Positions 19,129 to 29,152 of a stretch of DNA of 64,000 bases are shown piece by piece. The stretch comes from a virus. Lineage: Duplodnaviria > Heunggongvirae > Uroviricota > Caudoviricetes. The DNA is taken from the IMG/VR virus record IMGVR_UViG_3300000944_000006, positions 82,380 through 146,379 of that record. One strand, given 5' to 3'. Every line of letters begins with the position of its first letter. Position 1 is the stretch's first letter. The translations under genes were made by a program, and so were the position numbers. The notes under the pieces were generated by a model, which saw only the letters and a program-made list of their open reading frames with translations, made no database searches and was not told the origin of the DNA.

Positions 19129-19474
19129 CTATGTTTATCAGATGTTTTATTTCGTTATATTTTTCTTCTGATATATTATGTTTTTTACAATATTCTAAAA
19201 CTTCAGACGACATTTTTTTACGTGTCGAAAAGTTAGTTTTTTTGAATCTATTTCTTTTTGAAATAAGCCCTTTGTAAATTGTATAGCAGTCTACATCACC
19301 ATCTTCTTCGCTAATAGTAGATAACATGGAAACTATTTCTGCGACCTGAATAGTGTCTTCAAAATTAGCATATATACGACAAGATACAAATTTAGGACAG
19401 TCTACGTCTTTTTTATCAAGGGTAGGCTGATGCATGTTTATATTTTTTAAAGTTGCAGAAAGTTTAGAAGCCAT
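19112..19474 (-). CDS. gp62: Clamp loader small subunit (divergent)
   Basis: Directly upstream of regA and near gp44; KRNRFKK and ISEEK..E motifs; about 120 aa. Confidence 0.65.
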   Translation of the reverse strand: MASKLSATLKNINMHQPTLDKKDVDCPKFVSCRIYANFEDTIQVAEIVSMLSTISEEDGDVDCYTIYKGLISKRNRFKKTNFSTRKKMSSEVLEYCKKHNISEEKYNEIKHLINIGEDND

Positions 19475-20222
19475 GCTTCGCTTTCTCTATACGTTCTTCT
19501 GCAATTTTGAAATATTCTTCATCTTTTTCTATACCGATGAAATTACGATTTAAGTTCACGCAGGCTACGCCTGTAGTGCCGCTTCCCATCGTAAAGTCAA
19601 GAACAGTGTCACCTTCGTTCGTGTATGTTTTGATTAGGTATTCCATTAGTTCAACAGGCTTTTGCGTAGGATGATATTTATCACCAGATGAATTGTCATT
19701 ATTCACTACATTAAAATATAATAAATTTTTCGGATATCTATCTGTCTGCCCACCACCACTTATACCTATTTTTGTTTTCCCTAATGTTTTTCCATCAGAA
19801 GTATTCTTGGTATATGTATTAACTGGTTTATGACCTGTTGTTTTTTGGGGATTATATTTAGATTGCTTATCGTAAAAAATTGATATCAATTCATAAGAAC
19901 GTAAGGGCTGTTTCTTAGAATTTAAAAAATTAGTGGATTTGTTTTTTATCCATACCCAATCATATTTGTAATTTTTTATATTACTCATAATTAAATTAGA
20001 TGTAAATGGCTGTGAGCCAAATAAGACTTTTGGACATGTTATTTTACCAACTCTATTCAATTGCATCCACATTTCATCAAGCGGTATAATCGTATCCCAT
20101 TTACACGCAGTTGTTCCATATGGCGGGTCACAAATAACAGCATCAATTTTACCTTTCGGTAAACGTTTCATTATTTCAAGACAGTCACCATGAAATAAAT
20201 ATGTCTTTGATTTAGTGGTCAT
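19464..20222 (-). CDS. Beta-class amino DNA methyltransferase 2
   Basis: DPPYG, HPTQKP, DFTMGSGTTG; termini near-identical to MTase 1. Confidence 0.92.
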   Translation of the reverse strand: MTTKSKTYLFHGDCLEIMKRLPKGKIDAVICDPPYGTTACKWDTIIPLDEMWMQLNRVGKITCPKVLFGSQPFTSNLIMSNIKNYKYDWVWIKNKSTNFLNSKKQPLRSYELISIFYDKQSKYNPQKTTGHKPVNTYTKNTSDGKTLGKTKIGISGGGQTDRYPKNLLYFNVVNNDNSSGDKYHPTQKPVELMEYLIKTYTNEGDTVLDFTMGSGTTGVACVNLNRNFIGIEKDEEYFKIAEERIEKAKHGF

Positions 20223-20223
20223 T

Positions 20224-21126
20224 TTATAAACTCGCTATAAAGGCTGTTACATTAATACGAGGGTCATTGACAAAAGCAAGGCGATAAAGATACTCATGGG
20301 CTTTAATGATATATTTTGATTTTTGTGCTTCGGAAGAATTTCCTGCGATAGTCTTTTCTTTAAAAGATTCATAAAAGTTTTCTGCATCTTTTTTAGAAAA
20401 AATCGCAGTTGCTATGTATGCAGAGTATTTATCAAAATTCCCAGATAAAAGTATATCAAAATCAAAATCTTTATTAGATACTTTATACACATCTGGTGTT
20501 TGCAATGCTGTTAATGTATTTCGTAAGTCTGGATACTTTTCATTAAACATTTCTAGAATGTCTTTAGGCTGCATTGAAACAGATTCTGCTTTAGCTATCG
20601 TCAATACTTTTACCAAAGCTTCTTTTTTAGTTTTCTTATCCGTCGAGCATATGTGTATGCGCGAACAACGACTTTGTATAGCTTCTATGATTCTTTCTTC
20701 ATGATTGCATGTAATAATAAATCGAACGTTTTCTGAATACTCTTCCATGAACTTACGCAGACCATCTTGCATGGCACTAGAAAGTTTATCCCCTTCATCA
20801 ATAAAAATAACCTTTCTTTTATTTTCCATAGAATATGTTTTCACAAAATCCATAAACTTAGAACGAAGAGTTTCTACATTACCATCAATAGAACCATTAA
20901 TAGAAAGAGATTCAAGATTTAGTTCTTTAATAAGGGCTTTTGCTAAAGTCGTTTTTCCTGTCCCAGAACGCTTGGAATATAAAATAAGATTAGGGAAATC
21001 TTCTTCTTCAATAAATTTATTGAACGTCTTTTTTATATCTTCATCGACTATAACATCATTGATATTTTGCGGACGATATTTTTCTGCGAATAATTCATTA
21101 TACTTCATACAATGTAGACTCCACAA
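20224..21126 (-). CDS. gp44: Clamp loader large subunit
   Basis: EKYRPQ, GTGKTT, IFIDEGD, FIITCN, AIQSRC. Confidence 0.93.
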   Translation of the reverse strand: MWSLHCMKYNELFAEKYRPQNINDVIVDEDIKKTFNKFIEEEDFPNLILYSKRSGTGKTTLAKALIKELNLESLSINGSIDGNVETLRSKFMDFVKTYSMENKRKVIFIDEGDKLSSAMQDGLRKFMEEYSENVRFIITCNHEERIIEAIQSRCSRIHICSTDKKTKKEALVKVLTIAKAESVSMQPKDILEMFNEKYPDLRNTLTALQTPDVYKVSNKDFDFDILLSGNFDKYSAYIATAIFSKKDAENFYESFKEKTIAGNSSEAQKSKYIIKAHEYLYRLAFVNDPRINVTAFIASL

Positions 21127-21778
21127 AAATATAATAAAAATTATGATTTTTTGATTTAAATTTTATAAAATATGGCGGCTGTCCGTCAACACGATTTTGA
21201 ACAGAAACTTCATAATCATCTGGTATCATCATATCAAATAATTCAGCAGTTATAAAAACATCAAGACCTTCTTTATCGGATAGATTTTTTTTAGATACAA
21301 ATTTGTTAGAAGATTTTGTTTCCATATCTTCTACAGTGATAGAAGAAGATTTGAAACGTACTTGATTGCCATCTACAATACGGAATGATGATTTTATTTG
21401 GATAAATTCGTCTCTTGTCATTTCAAACTGATGGTCAACTGTATGAATATCAATTGGCTTTTTGATAATCTCAATAAATTTTTCTAATGTTTTATTAAAT
21501 TTAAAAACATTATTACCATCAGAAGCATAAACAAAATTATCACCTTGCGGAACAATTATAGTTCTATTTTCGCTTTCAAGACTTTCTAGGGCTTGTATGA
21601 ATTGACCGAATTTATGGATATGAAATTCTTCTTTGATTTCATCTTCAATTTCCATACACATAAAAAGACTTTTTACTTTCGTACTTGTCCAAATCTTCTT
21701 GCCTGTGTAAAATGATATTCCCTCATATATGGGATACATTTTTTTTATTATTTTAAGTTCAGTGTCGTTTAATTTCAT
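21098..21778 (-). CDS. gp45: Sliding clamp
   Basis: MKLNDTELKIIK start, 226 aa, directly upstream of gp44. Confidence 0.8.
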   Translation of the reverse strand: MKLNDTELKIIKKMYPIYEGISFYTGKKIWTSTKVKSLFMCMEIEDEIKEEFHIHKFGQFIQALESLESENRTIIVPQGDNFVYASDGNNVFKFNKTLEKFIEIIKKPIDIHTVDHQFEMTRDEFIQIKSSFRIVDGNQVRFKSSSITVEDMETKSSNKFVSKKNLSDKEGLDVFITAELFDMMIPDDYEVSVQNRVDGQPPYFIKFKSKNHNFYYIFVESTLYEV

Positions 21779-22325
21779 CTTTTATTTTTTTTATTCTTGT
21801 TTCATTAGACATTGTTCTATCAAACGCTAATAGCTTTCCGCGTATTGGTGTATTATTTAAGAATTCTTTTATGATGGTGTCAACTAACATTTGTGTAAGA
21901 GAAGTGTCACGGAAGGCATCTTCTATATCAATAATGTCTAATGGTTGAAAATAACATACTAAATCATATTGATTAATGTTAAATAAAACAGACTGTATAA
22001 ACTTAACATCTGTTGCATCAGGATAGCCATGTGCGGCTGTATAAGCGTATCTATCAAGCATTATTCTATCGCTTATGATATCATCACTTTGCAATAAATT
22101 TGATTGTCGTATCGATTCTGACTGATTTATAGCGGTTTGAAGTACCGCATTCTCTTCAAAAGTTTTTTCGCGTTGCTCATATTCGCTACTATATCCATTT
22201 TGTTGATATATTTCACGCGTTTCACTTTTGGAAAAACTATAATTTTTAAATTTAATGTCGTTTTGGCAAAAATGGAGCAACGAAGTTTTCCCCGTTGCTC
22301 CCGAACCTGTAAAGGCAATTTTCAT
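21759..22325 (-). CDS. P-loop NMP-kinase-like ATPase
   Basis: IAFTGSGATGKTS, SDR..LDRYAYT, YDLV.YF. Confidence 0.75.
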   Translation of the reverse strand: MKIAFTGSGATGKTSLLHFCQNDIKFKNYSFSKSETREIYQQNGYSSEYEQREKTFEENAVLQTAINQSESIRQSNLLQSDDIISDRIMLDRYAYTAAHGYPDATDVKFIQSVLFNINQYDLVCYFQPLDIIDIEDAFRDTSLTQMLVDTIIKEFLNNTPIRGKLLAFDRTMSNETRIKKIKDEIKRH

Positions 22326-22334
22326 AGAATATTA

Positions 22335-23666
22335 CTACGCTAGAATTTCGCCAAGGTCTTGATATTCAGAAGGGTCGAAGTCATCACCTTCTGGTTCTTC
22401 ACCATCATACAGGTCATTCGTAAATTCAATATCAGAATCTTCCCACAAAGAATCGTCATGAATATCGCGCCAATGCTTGTCTTTCATATCATTAATAGTT
22501 TTGATTGTATCGTCATCAAAACGTTCCAAGCCAACCGTAATAGACTTTTTAACATCACGGTCTGAAATGATATAATACTTGATTACAGAAATCAGGCGGC
22601 GTGTTGTGAGAACATGTTCAAGTTGCTCTTGACCATATGCTTCGCGCGTGTGTTCCGCAAGGTCAATCAAGTTTGAAATAAACCGCTTATCAACATCTTC
22701 AATAGAATCGACAGAATTTAATGTCGTAAATTCTACCATGTTGTTCATGAGAATTTGGCTTTCAAGTGACTTTTCAGGATAGTCTTGAACATATGAGAAT
22801 GAATAGCGGTCAAGTGCGGCTTCGTTTTGAACATTAGCGCCAATAAATGAGCCTGTGCCATCACCACGACCTTTGGTGTTTGCTGTCGCAAGAACCATAA
22901 ATCCTGTTTTAGGATAAACCATCTCTTGTTGCTTTTTGACGTAATAACCGTCACCATTAACAATAGATTGTAGGCACATAAGCTTTGGGCCTGCCAAGTC
23001 AACTTCGTCAAGAAGAAGAACAGCACCGCGTTTCATAGCCATAATAGCAGGGCCATCTACCCAAACTGTTTCGCCGTCTTTCAGCGTGTAGTGACCAATA
23101 ACATCAGATTCGTCAGTCTCTTTTGTGATATTAAGAACCACAAGTTCACGACCAAGTTCATTACAAACTTGTTTGATAGTTTCGGTTTTACCACAACCAG
23201 AAAGACCAGAAATATACAATGGTAGAAATGCTGATGTATTCAAGATTTTTTTGATTTCATCATGCACACCAAAAGGTACATATGTTGGATTTTTCTTAGG
23301 AACAAGTTCTTTAGGAAGCTTGCCTGTTTTGATTGTTTTCATTTTAAGTGACTTCGACGCCATAATCTTCGCTTTCATAATATTAAGTTTTTGTTTCATT
23401 CCTTCTACAGAAATATACTTTAGCGGGATTGCTAAATACATTCCACTTCCAGAATATTTTTCCAAAAATCTTGGATAATCAATTTCATAAACTCTTAGAA
23501 ACTGCTTTAACCAAGATACTTGGACACGGTAACAAACTCTTTCAACGCTGTCAAGGGTCTGTTTAATTTTTTCTAATTCAACTCCATCATTTTTAAGAGC
23601 AATGTGAACATTATCAAGCGTGTCACATTGCTCTTTTGTTAAAACTAATTCGGGACTTTTATCCAA
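22335..23666 (-). CDS. MoxR/CobS-like AAA+ ATPase
   Basis: GLSGCGKT, LLLDEVD, ATANTKGRG, NEAALDR; adjacent to a vWA gene. Confidence 0.88.
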   Translation of the reverse strand: MDKSPELVLTKEQCDTLDNVHIALKNDGVELEKIKQTLDSVERVCYRVQVSWLKQFLRVYEIDYPRFLEKYSGSGMYLAIPLKYISVEGMKQKLNIMKAKIMASKSLKMKTIKTGKLPKELVPKKNPTYVPFGVHDEIKKILNTSAFLPLYISGLSGCGKTETIKQVCNELGRELVVLNITKETDESDVIGHYTLKDGETVWVDGPAIMAMKRGAVLLLDEVDLAGPKLMCLQSIVNGDGYYVKKQQEMVYPKTGFMVLATANTKGRGDGTGSFIGANVQNEAALDRYSFSYVQDYPEKSLESQILMNNMVEFTTLNSVDSIEDVDKRFISNLIDLAEHTREAYGQEQLEHVLTTRRLISVIKYYIISDRDVKKSITVGLERFDDDTIKTINDMKDKHWRDIHDDSLWEDSDIEFTNDLYDGEEPEGDDFDPSEYQDLGEILA

Positions 23667-25464
23667 AAATATCGTCCTTAGATTTCATATTCTGAACAAG
23701 TTTCGTTGTCAACATTTCATAGTTTGAATAAAAGTTATTTTCATCAAAACGGAATAAAACATCTGGTGAAGGCGTGTTCTTGTCTCGCGCCACAAACACA
23801 TCCAAACCTTTTTTGGAATATTCGCTCTTAAGACCATACTGCGAAAAATCTTCTTTGTAATCCGAAACGTGGAACCAAGAAATATTTGTCGAACGGTGAT
23901 GTTGGCGCATAATTTCACATAAAATAAATGCACCTTCCCAAGAATTTTTACCTTTGACGTAAAGCTTCTTGTCTTCGATAACAGCACCTTGGCCCGTATA
24001 TTTCGAATAGTTATTGCCTTGCCCATCAGTAATGATAAACACGTTATGAACTTCAATTTGATTTTCAAAAATAAACTGTGCGTTCGTATCTTTAATCAAT
24101 TCCATGCTTTCTAACAAAGGCGTTCCAGACATGCTTAATGCACCAGAACCATCATTAATGACATTGAAGATATCGTTCATACATGAATTCTTTTTATTGC
24201 GGCTATAGTCACTACGAATAATTTCAAAAAGATTATTATTACCAGACGTAAAACCATATGCACGATATGGAATATCAGCATATTTACAGAACAGTACCAA
24301 ATCAAGAACTTGACGGAAAGCGTCTGAAATATTTCCAGACATAGAACCAGAACAGTCTACCATAATAGTAGCGCCGTGATTTTTACCTTCAGGAACAAGT
24401 TCATCTGAAAGAAAAATATCATCGCTATTTTTATAGTTATACAAACGATTTGTATTTAAAACACCTGTCTTATATTCACGCGTCTTTTCATAAATTTTAG
24501 CGTTAAGAGCGATATTGAATTTTGCAGACAATTTCAAAGCGTTCTTACGGCTTTGGCTTAAATCAATAGTAGTAGCGTCTTGTGTGTGCATCAAATCTTT
24601 GAAAGGCGCAATTTTATCGTCATACAAAGCATCAGAACACTTTTGACCTGTCGCAAGATTTTGGTGGTTACTCTTTTGATTTTGAGCGTCTTTTGGCTTT
24701 GTATATTGATAATGATTATGGTCTTTACCAGTTTTCATATCTTTCTTTGCATCTTCAAAGTTTTTTGACAATTGACCAAGCTTAGATAAGTCAACACCAC
24801 CTTCGCCTGTGCCGCCTTCACCGCCTTCACCCTCACCTTCGCCATTTTTGGATGCAGATTGTGTAGATTGCTTTTGTTGATTAATATCTTCTTCAAGAAT
24901 ATCTTGTGCAAGTTCAACGCTATCTTTAAACGAACGAATCCCATCAAGACGTTCTAAGATTTTTTGTTCGTCTTCCGTAAATTCAATTTCTTTATCACCG
25001 AATTTTGTGAACATATTGATTCTATCGACCAAAGATGCTTCGTTAATGATATCAATATCATATTCAAAGTTTTCTGCGTTATCAGCAAATTCTTGATAGC
25101 CATTTTTGAAACGCTTCTTATACCCATGAAATTTATTGAACAGAGCATTCTGAACACGCGCTTCTTCAACAGTACGAAGATAAATTTCACCTGTCTCTTC
25201 ATTGTCTTTACACACAGCACGAATAGCATTTTTATTTTTGCTGATTTGACCGTTAGGTGTCCACGTAGCAGAAGCTGTCGCCATGCCACAAAATGTGTCA
25301 TACAAATCAGAAGAAATTTCTTCCCAATTTGGTAGAATGATTCGTTTATTAAACGTGTCATATGTAGGCTCGTTAACATATGAAGAATGTTCGATTTTAA
25401 TATTATCCCGTAGGAATGCACTCGCTAAGGCTGACTTAGCCTGCATAAGTAATGTTTTTGACAT
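23659..25464 (-). CDS. vWA (CobT-like) partner with degenerate N-terminal metallopeptidase-like domain
   Basis: MIDAS VDCSGSM, GTPL, ITDG; start at MSKTLL. Confidence 0.8.
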   Translation of the reverse strand: MSKTLLMQAKSALASAFLRDNIKIEHSSYVNEPTYDTFNKRIILPNWEEISSDLYDTFCGMATASATWTPNGQISKNKNAIRAVCKDNEETGEIYLRTVEEARVQNALFNKFHGYKKRFKNGYQEFADNAENFEYDIDIINEASLVDRINMFTKFGDKEIEFTEDEQKILERLDGIRSFKDSVELAQDILEEDINQQKQSTQSASKNGEGEGEGGEGGTGEGGVDLSKLGQLSKNFEDAKKDMKTGKDHNHYQYTKPKDAQNQKSNHQNLATGQKCSDALYDDKIAPFKDLMHTQDATTIDLSQSRKNALKLSAKFNIALNAKIYEKTREYKTGVLNTNRLYNYKNSDDIFLSDELVPEGKNHGATIMVDCSGSMSGNISDAFRQVLDLVLFCKYADIPYRAYGFTSGNNNLFEIIRSDYSRNKKNSCMNDIFNVINDGSGALSMSGTPLLESMELIKDTNAQFIFENQIEVHNVFIITDGQGNNYSKYTGQGAVIEDKKLYVKGKNSWEGAFILCEIMRQHHRSTNISWFHVSDYKEDFSQYGLKSEYSKKGLDVFVARDKNTPSPDVLFRFDENNFYSNYEMLTTKLVQNMKSKDDIFG

Positions 25465-25541
25465 AATTTGACTTCTTTTACATAAAATTAAAAAGGAATT
25501 ATATTTCCTATTTGTACATAACATTATAGACTGTCTTAGAG

Positions 25542-27479
25542 TTAGTCAATAACTTTCTGCGAAAAACCATCAACTTTTTTAAAAGATATAGTATCTTCAA
25601 ATAATTCAATCATATTATCGCTTCTATGAGATATAACAAAAACGTTATTTCCTTGCAAATTTTCTATGATGCCCATGAAACTATCGACACCATTCATGTC
25701 CAAAGACGAATCAAAAATTTCATCAAGAACAAGTAAATTTATTTGCTTCGTCTTTTGTATCATATTTTTGATATCTCGCCACGTAAACATAAGTGCCATA
25801 TCAATACGCTTACGTTCACCTTCAGAAAAATTTTCATAGGCAAAGACATCTATCTTTCGTGAATGTATCGTCTCTTTAAAATTTTCATCTAATTGGAAGT
25901 CAATAAAGAAATCCATCTGCTTTAGATATTCATTAATCTTTTCATTTATCAACGGAATATATTTTTTTATAATCTCTTGCTTCATACCTTTTTCAGATAG
26001 TGATGTTCCTATAGTTTCAAGAGACTTTCTTACTTCATGCTTTTCTTTAAAGGTTTTCTCATATTCTTGTTTAGTGTCAAGTAAAGACTGTATATCTCTT
26101 GATATTTCTTCTGTATCAATATGTTCAGAATTTTTATTTAAAAGTTTATATTTTTCTTTACCCAAATATGAAATTGTATTTTCAATTTTTGATGCATTTT
26201 GTTTTAATGATATTATAGTGTCTGATGTTTTCTTAAGGACTATTTTAGTGTCGTTTAACTCATTTAGTTTTTCGTGATAGTCTAATAATTCAGTTTTGTT
26301 TGTAGTATAATCTTTACCTACGTCTAGCATCTTTTCTTTTTTGAAAGTGCCAGTGATTATTTGTCCACATGTAGGGCAGTTATCATTAGTTTTTAAAAAT
26401 TTAAGAGTCTGTGACATCTCTTTATTTTGATAGTCGATTAAGGAAATTTTAGTCGATAAATCAGAAATTTTTTCTTCAACAAATTTCTTTTTTTCTTTAA
26501 AAGATTCAACATCAAGTTTGGTAATAGCAGAATTATATTTTTCAAGCTTCAATTCATTGTCTTTTATGCGGGCATCATAATCTTCTATATTAGAAGTTGT
26601 CTCTTTGTTATATCCATCTAAAAAATTTTTCTTTATAGATATTTCGCTGTCTGTAGTTTCAATTTTATTTTTTAAATCTACAATTTCAGAACGTAATATT
26701 TTCAAACGATTTTTTGCATTATCAAGCATCTTAGCAAATATTCCAGTGTCAAGAATATCTTCTATAAATTGACGGCGCTCACCTGCTTTAAGTTTCATAA
26801 ATGGCCGATAGTTTGAATTTCCTAAAACCACAATTTGCTTAAAAGCATCAAATTTTATACCTATTATTTCTTGTAATTTTTCTTGCTGTATCTTAGCGTC
26901 TGCCTCTTCAAGAAGCTTGACATCATTTTCGTATATTTCAAACACGTTTGGTTTTATTCCACGAAAAACTTTGTATGTCTTACCGTTTGTTTCAAATTCA
27001 ATTTGCACCAAACATTCTTTTTTATTGATTGAATTTACAAGTTTAGGTTTTGTTGTTTCGCGAAAAGATTTTCCGTAAAGAGCAAAGGATATGGACTCCG
27101 AAAATGTCGAATTATGGCTTACTATATCATTTGCGTAATATTCATTAACATCTTTAACCTGAATATCATATAAGTCAATTTTATATTCATTTTTAAATAT
27201 AGATTTTACTTTAGTTTTTCCATATATATTTTCGCCAAAATCTCCTACTACAATATCTTTAACAAACCCCCATTCATCATTGATAAAAAGTTTATGGTAT
27301 GGGGAAGCAATCAATGTATTTCCGCACTCAAAAGTGATGGTATAAGAGACAGAATCTTTTTCTGTTATTCCTGCCGCTTCAATCTTTTTATAACCATGTC
27401 TTGTTAAAACATTAATATTTCCTATCTCGTCTGGGTTATCGCGTAAAAAATCAGATATTTCCGAAAGCGTCACTTCCAT
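25542..27479 (-). CDS. gp46: gp46 C-terminal precursor: IntC (aa 1-123) fused to Rad50/SbcC-like C-extein
   Basis: Intein blocks SPYH, DLYDIQV, SHN then STFSESISFALYGK; Q-loop, CPTCGQ zinc hook, FSEGE signature, LVLDE Walker B. Confidence 0.93.
   Translation of the reverse strand: MEVTLSEISDFLRDNPDEIGNINVLTRHGYKKIEAAGITEKDSVSYTITFECGNTLIASPYHKLFINDEWGFVKDIVVGDFGENIYGKTKVKSIFKNEYKIDLYDIQVKDVNEYYANDIVSHNSTFSESISFALYGKSFRETTKPKLVNSINKKECLVQIEFETNGKTYKVFRGIKPNVFEIYENDVKLLEEADAKIQQEKLQEIIGIKFDAFKQIVVLGNSNYRPFMKLKAGERRQFIEDILDTGIFAKMLDNAKNRLKILRSEIVDLKNKIETTDSEISIKKNFLDGYNKETTSNIEDYDARIKDNELKLEKYNSAITKLDVESFKEKKKFVEEKISDLSTKISLIDYQNKEMSQTLKFLKTNDNCPTCGQIITGTFKKEKMLDVGKDYTTNKTELLDYHEKLNELNDTKIVLKKTSDTIISLKQNASKIENTISYLGKEKYKLLNKNSEHIDTEEISRDIQSLLDTKQEYEKTFKEKHEVRKSLETIGTSLSEKGMKQEIIKKYIPLINEKINEYLKQMDFFIDFQLDENFKETIHSRKIDVFAYENFSEGERKRIDMALMFTWRDIKNMIQKTKQINLLVLDEIFDSSLDMNGVDSFMGIIENLQGNNVFVISHRSDNMIELFEDTISFKKVDGFSQKVID
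27111..27479 (-). mobile_element. Split intein C-fragment (IntC, about 123 aa)
   Basis: Ends ANDIVSHN with +1 Ser. Confidence 0.9.
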
Positions 27480-28509
27480 TTTTAATTTCTTCCAATATTT
27501 CTTCTTGTTCAATTTTAGATATATCAAACATTTCAGTATATCCGCTTGCGGTGTGGTCTGTTTGAATTGAATTTCTAAGTTTAAATATCACATAATTTTC
27601 TATAAAGGAAGCCTTTTCTATACTGAATGGAAACTCTTTAATAATTTCGTATTCTCCAAAATTAGATTTAACATCTGCATATCTTTGAATGACACTTTTT
27701 CCTGTTATGCCAATTTTATAATAAAAATTATTCATTCCACCAAGTCTAATTTTTATCAAATATAAAAACCCATCTTTTTGTTTTATATGATTCTGACTTT
27801 TTGCACGTTTTTTCCTATTCATTTTTTTTATTTCTTCTTTAGACTTATTATTCAAAGTGTCTTGCCATTTTTCCTGACGTTTTTTCCAAATAGCATATCC
27901 TTCAACAGCACCATTTTTTTCAATACATTTTTGTAAAGAAAAACTTACTTGGGCGCGAGATACTAGAAATTCAGCTTCGCTTTCTTTGTATCCTCTTATC
28001 ATCCAATACTCTTTACATCTATGAGAACTTTCTCTCCTAAATTTTTTATCACACACTGTTAATGCACCCTTAATGTTATTATTTTGCTTTTTTTCAGCAG
28101 CTAACTTTATTGATTCTTTTTCATTATATCCTTTTTCTAACCAATATTCAGGTCGAATAGGGCGATAACTATTTCTTTTGTAGTCTGCTTCGGAAATTGT
28201 ATATTTTTTTCCTGTTTTTGGATTTATTTTTCCCATATGATATTCCCTAGAAAATGGTGATATTTTAGGCTTGGAATTTTGGCGGGCTTTATATTTAGAT
28301 TCCCCCTGTGTCCATCCTCTTTGCATCCAATAGTTTTTTGTACATCTGCCACAAGGCTTCCAATTTTTCTTATATATTGATATAATTTTAGTGGCAGATT
28401 TTTTTGGATTTTCTTTAATAAGCGTTTTTAGTTTTTCATCTGATTTTAAGTTTTCTATTTTTTCAGAACAATATTTTAATTTTTCTTCAAAGTTTTTTGT
28501 CTTTCGCAT
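27451..28509 (-). mobile_element. Free-standing GIY-YIG (T5orf172-like) homing endonuclease between the split-intein halves
   Basis: C-terminal GFLYLIKI...YYKIGIT...R...IEN...GYTEMF; three YWxxxGxxExE repeats; overlaps both flanking genes. Confidence 0.8.
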
Positions 28510-28585
28510 TTAAATAATCCTTTAACTTTTTTTTAGTTTCAGGATTATTTATAAAAATAGTTACCTTAGTATCTGGATGCAGACA
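28487..28585 (-). mobile_element. Split intein N-fragment (IntN, 32 aa)
   Basis: Cys1 TGT at 28585-28583; stop after 32 residues. Confidence 0.9.
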
Positions 28586-28702
28586 CTTACCAACACCATT
28601 TGTGCCAGATATTAATGTCGTATGTGCCTTATCAAGGTCAATTGTTATAGGGTTATTTCCACATGAGAGAAAATTTCTATATGTAACTTGCTTTAATATC
28701 AT
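28487..28702 (-). CDS. gp46: gp46 N-terminal precursor: 39-aa N-extein plus 32-aa IntN
   Basis: YRNFLSCGN...ISGTNGVGK then CLHPDTKV (intein block A). Confidence 0.92.
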   Translation of the reverse strand: MILKQVTYRNFLSCGNNPITIDLDKAHTTLISGTNGVGKCLHPDTKVTIFINNPETKKKLKDYLNAKDKKL

Positions 28703-28716
28703 TAAATAAATTCAAC

Positions 28717-29043
28717 TTAGTTATTATAAAACTCAAATCTATCTATATTAAAACCGCTATCAAGGTCAAATATTATTTTCCATTTTGACCCATCATGAGA
28801 AGAATAAGTTCTTTCCATATTCCAAAAATCTATATTCTTTTCTATCGATATGAATATGTCTATTGTATCAACTTTAGTATAAGACATTAGAAAACTTCGC
28901 TTTAATGCTTCGTCATATTTTTTTTCTAATTTTCCATCTTTATTGGAACACGTAGCTTCGACATGAAGGTTTTCAGTTTTTATTATAAGAGATTCACCAT
29001 TATAATCGACATTATTAGAAGTTATTTTAAATTTTTTAAGCAT
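28717..29043 (-). CDS. Small protein, probably YKYK-related
   Basis: KKFKITS...IDIFI...NIDRFE. Confidence 0.55.
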   Translation of the reverse strand: MLKKFKITSNNVDYNGESLIIKTENLHVEATCSNKDGKLEKKYDEALKRSFLMSYTKVDTIDIFISIEKNIDFWNMERTYSSHDGSKWKIIFDLDSGFNIDRFEFYNN

Positions 29044-29152
29044 TATAAGTAAAATCTAAAGAAGTATTTCCAAATTCCGACACGATTCTTATAGTACCAC
29101 TACCAAGATGAAAAGGCTTCACTATTCCTGTAAATTGGTATTTATGTATCAC
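29036..29152 (-). CDS. Truncated YKYK-like ORF (38 aa, GTG start)
   Basis: Manual translation MIHKYQFTGIV... Confidence 0.35.
   Translation of the reverse strand: MIHKYQFTGIVKPFHLGSGTIRIVSEFGNTSLDFTYNA

Noticed and set aside
25523-25549. TTGACT...TATAAT upstream of the vWA gene
   Set aside because: The spacer is only 15 nt; plausible but not supported well enough to list as a promoter.
25542-28702. gp46 as a broken pseudogene or assembly error
   Set aside because: Both fragments end precisely in canonical intein motifs and all ABC-ATPase motifs are intact.
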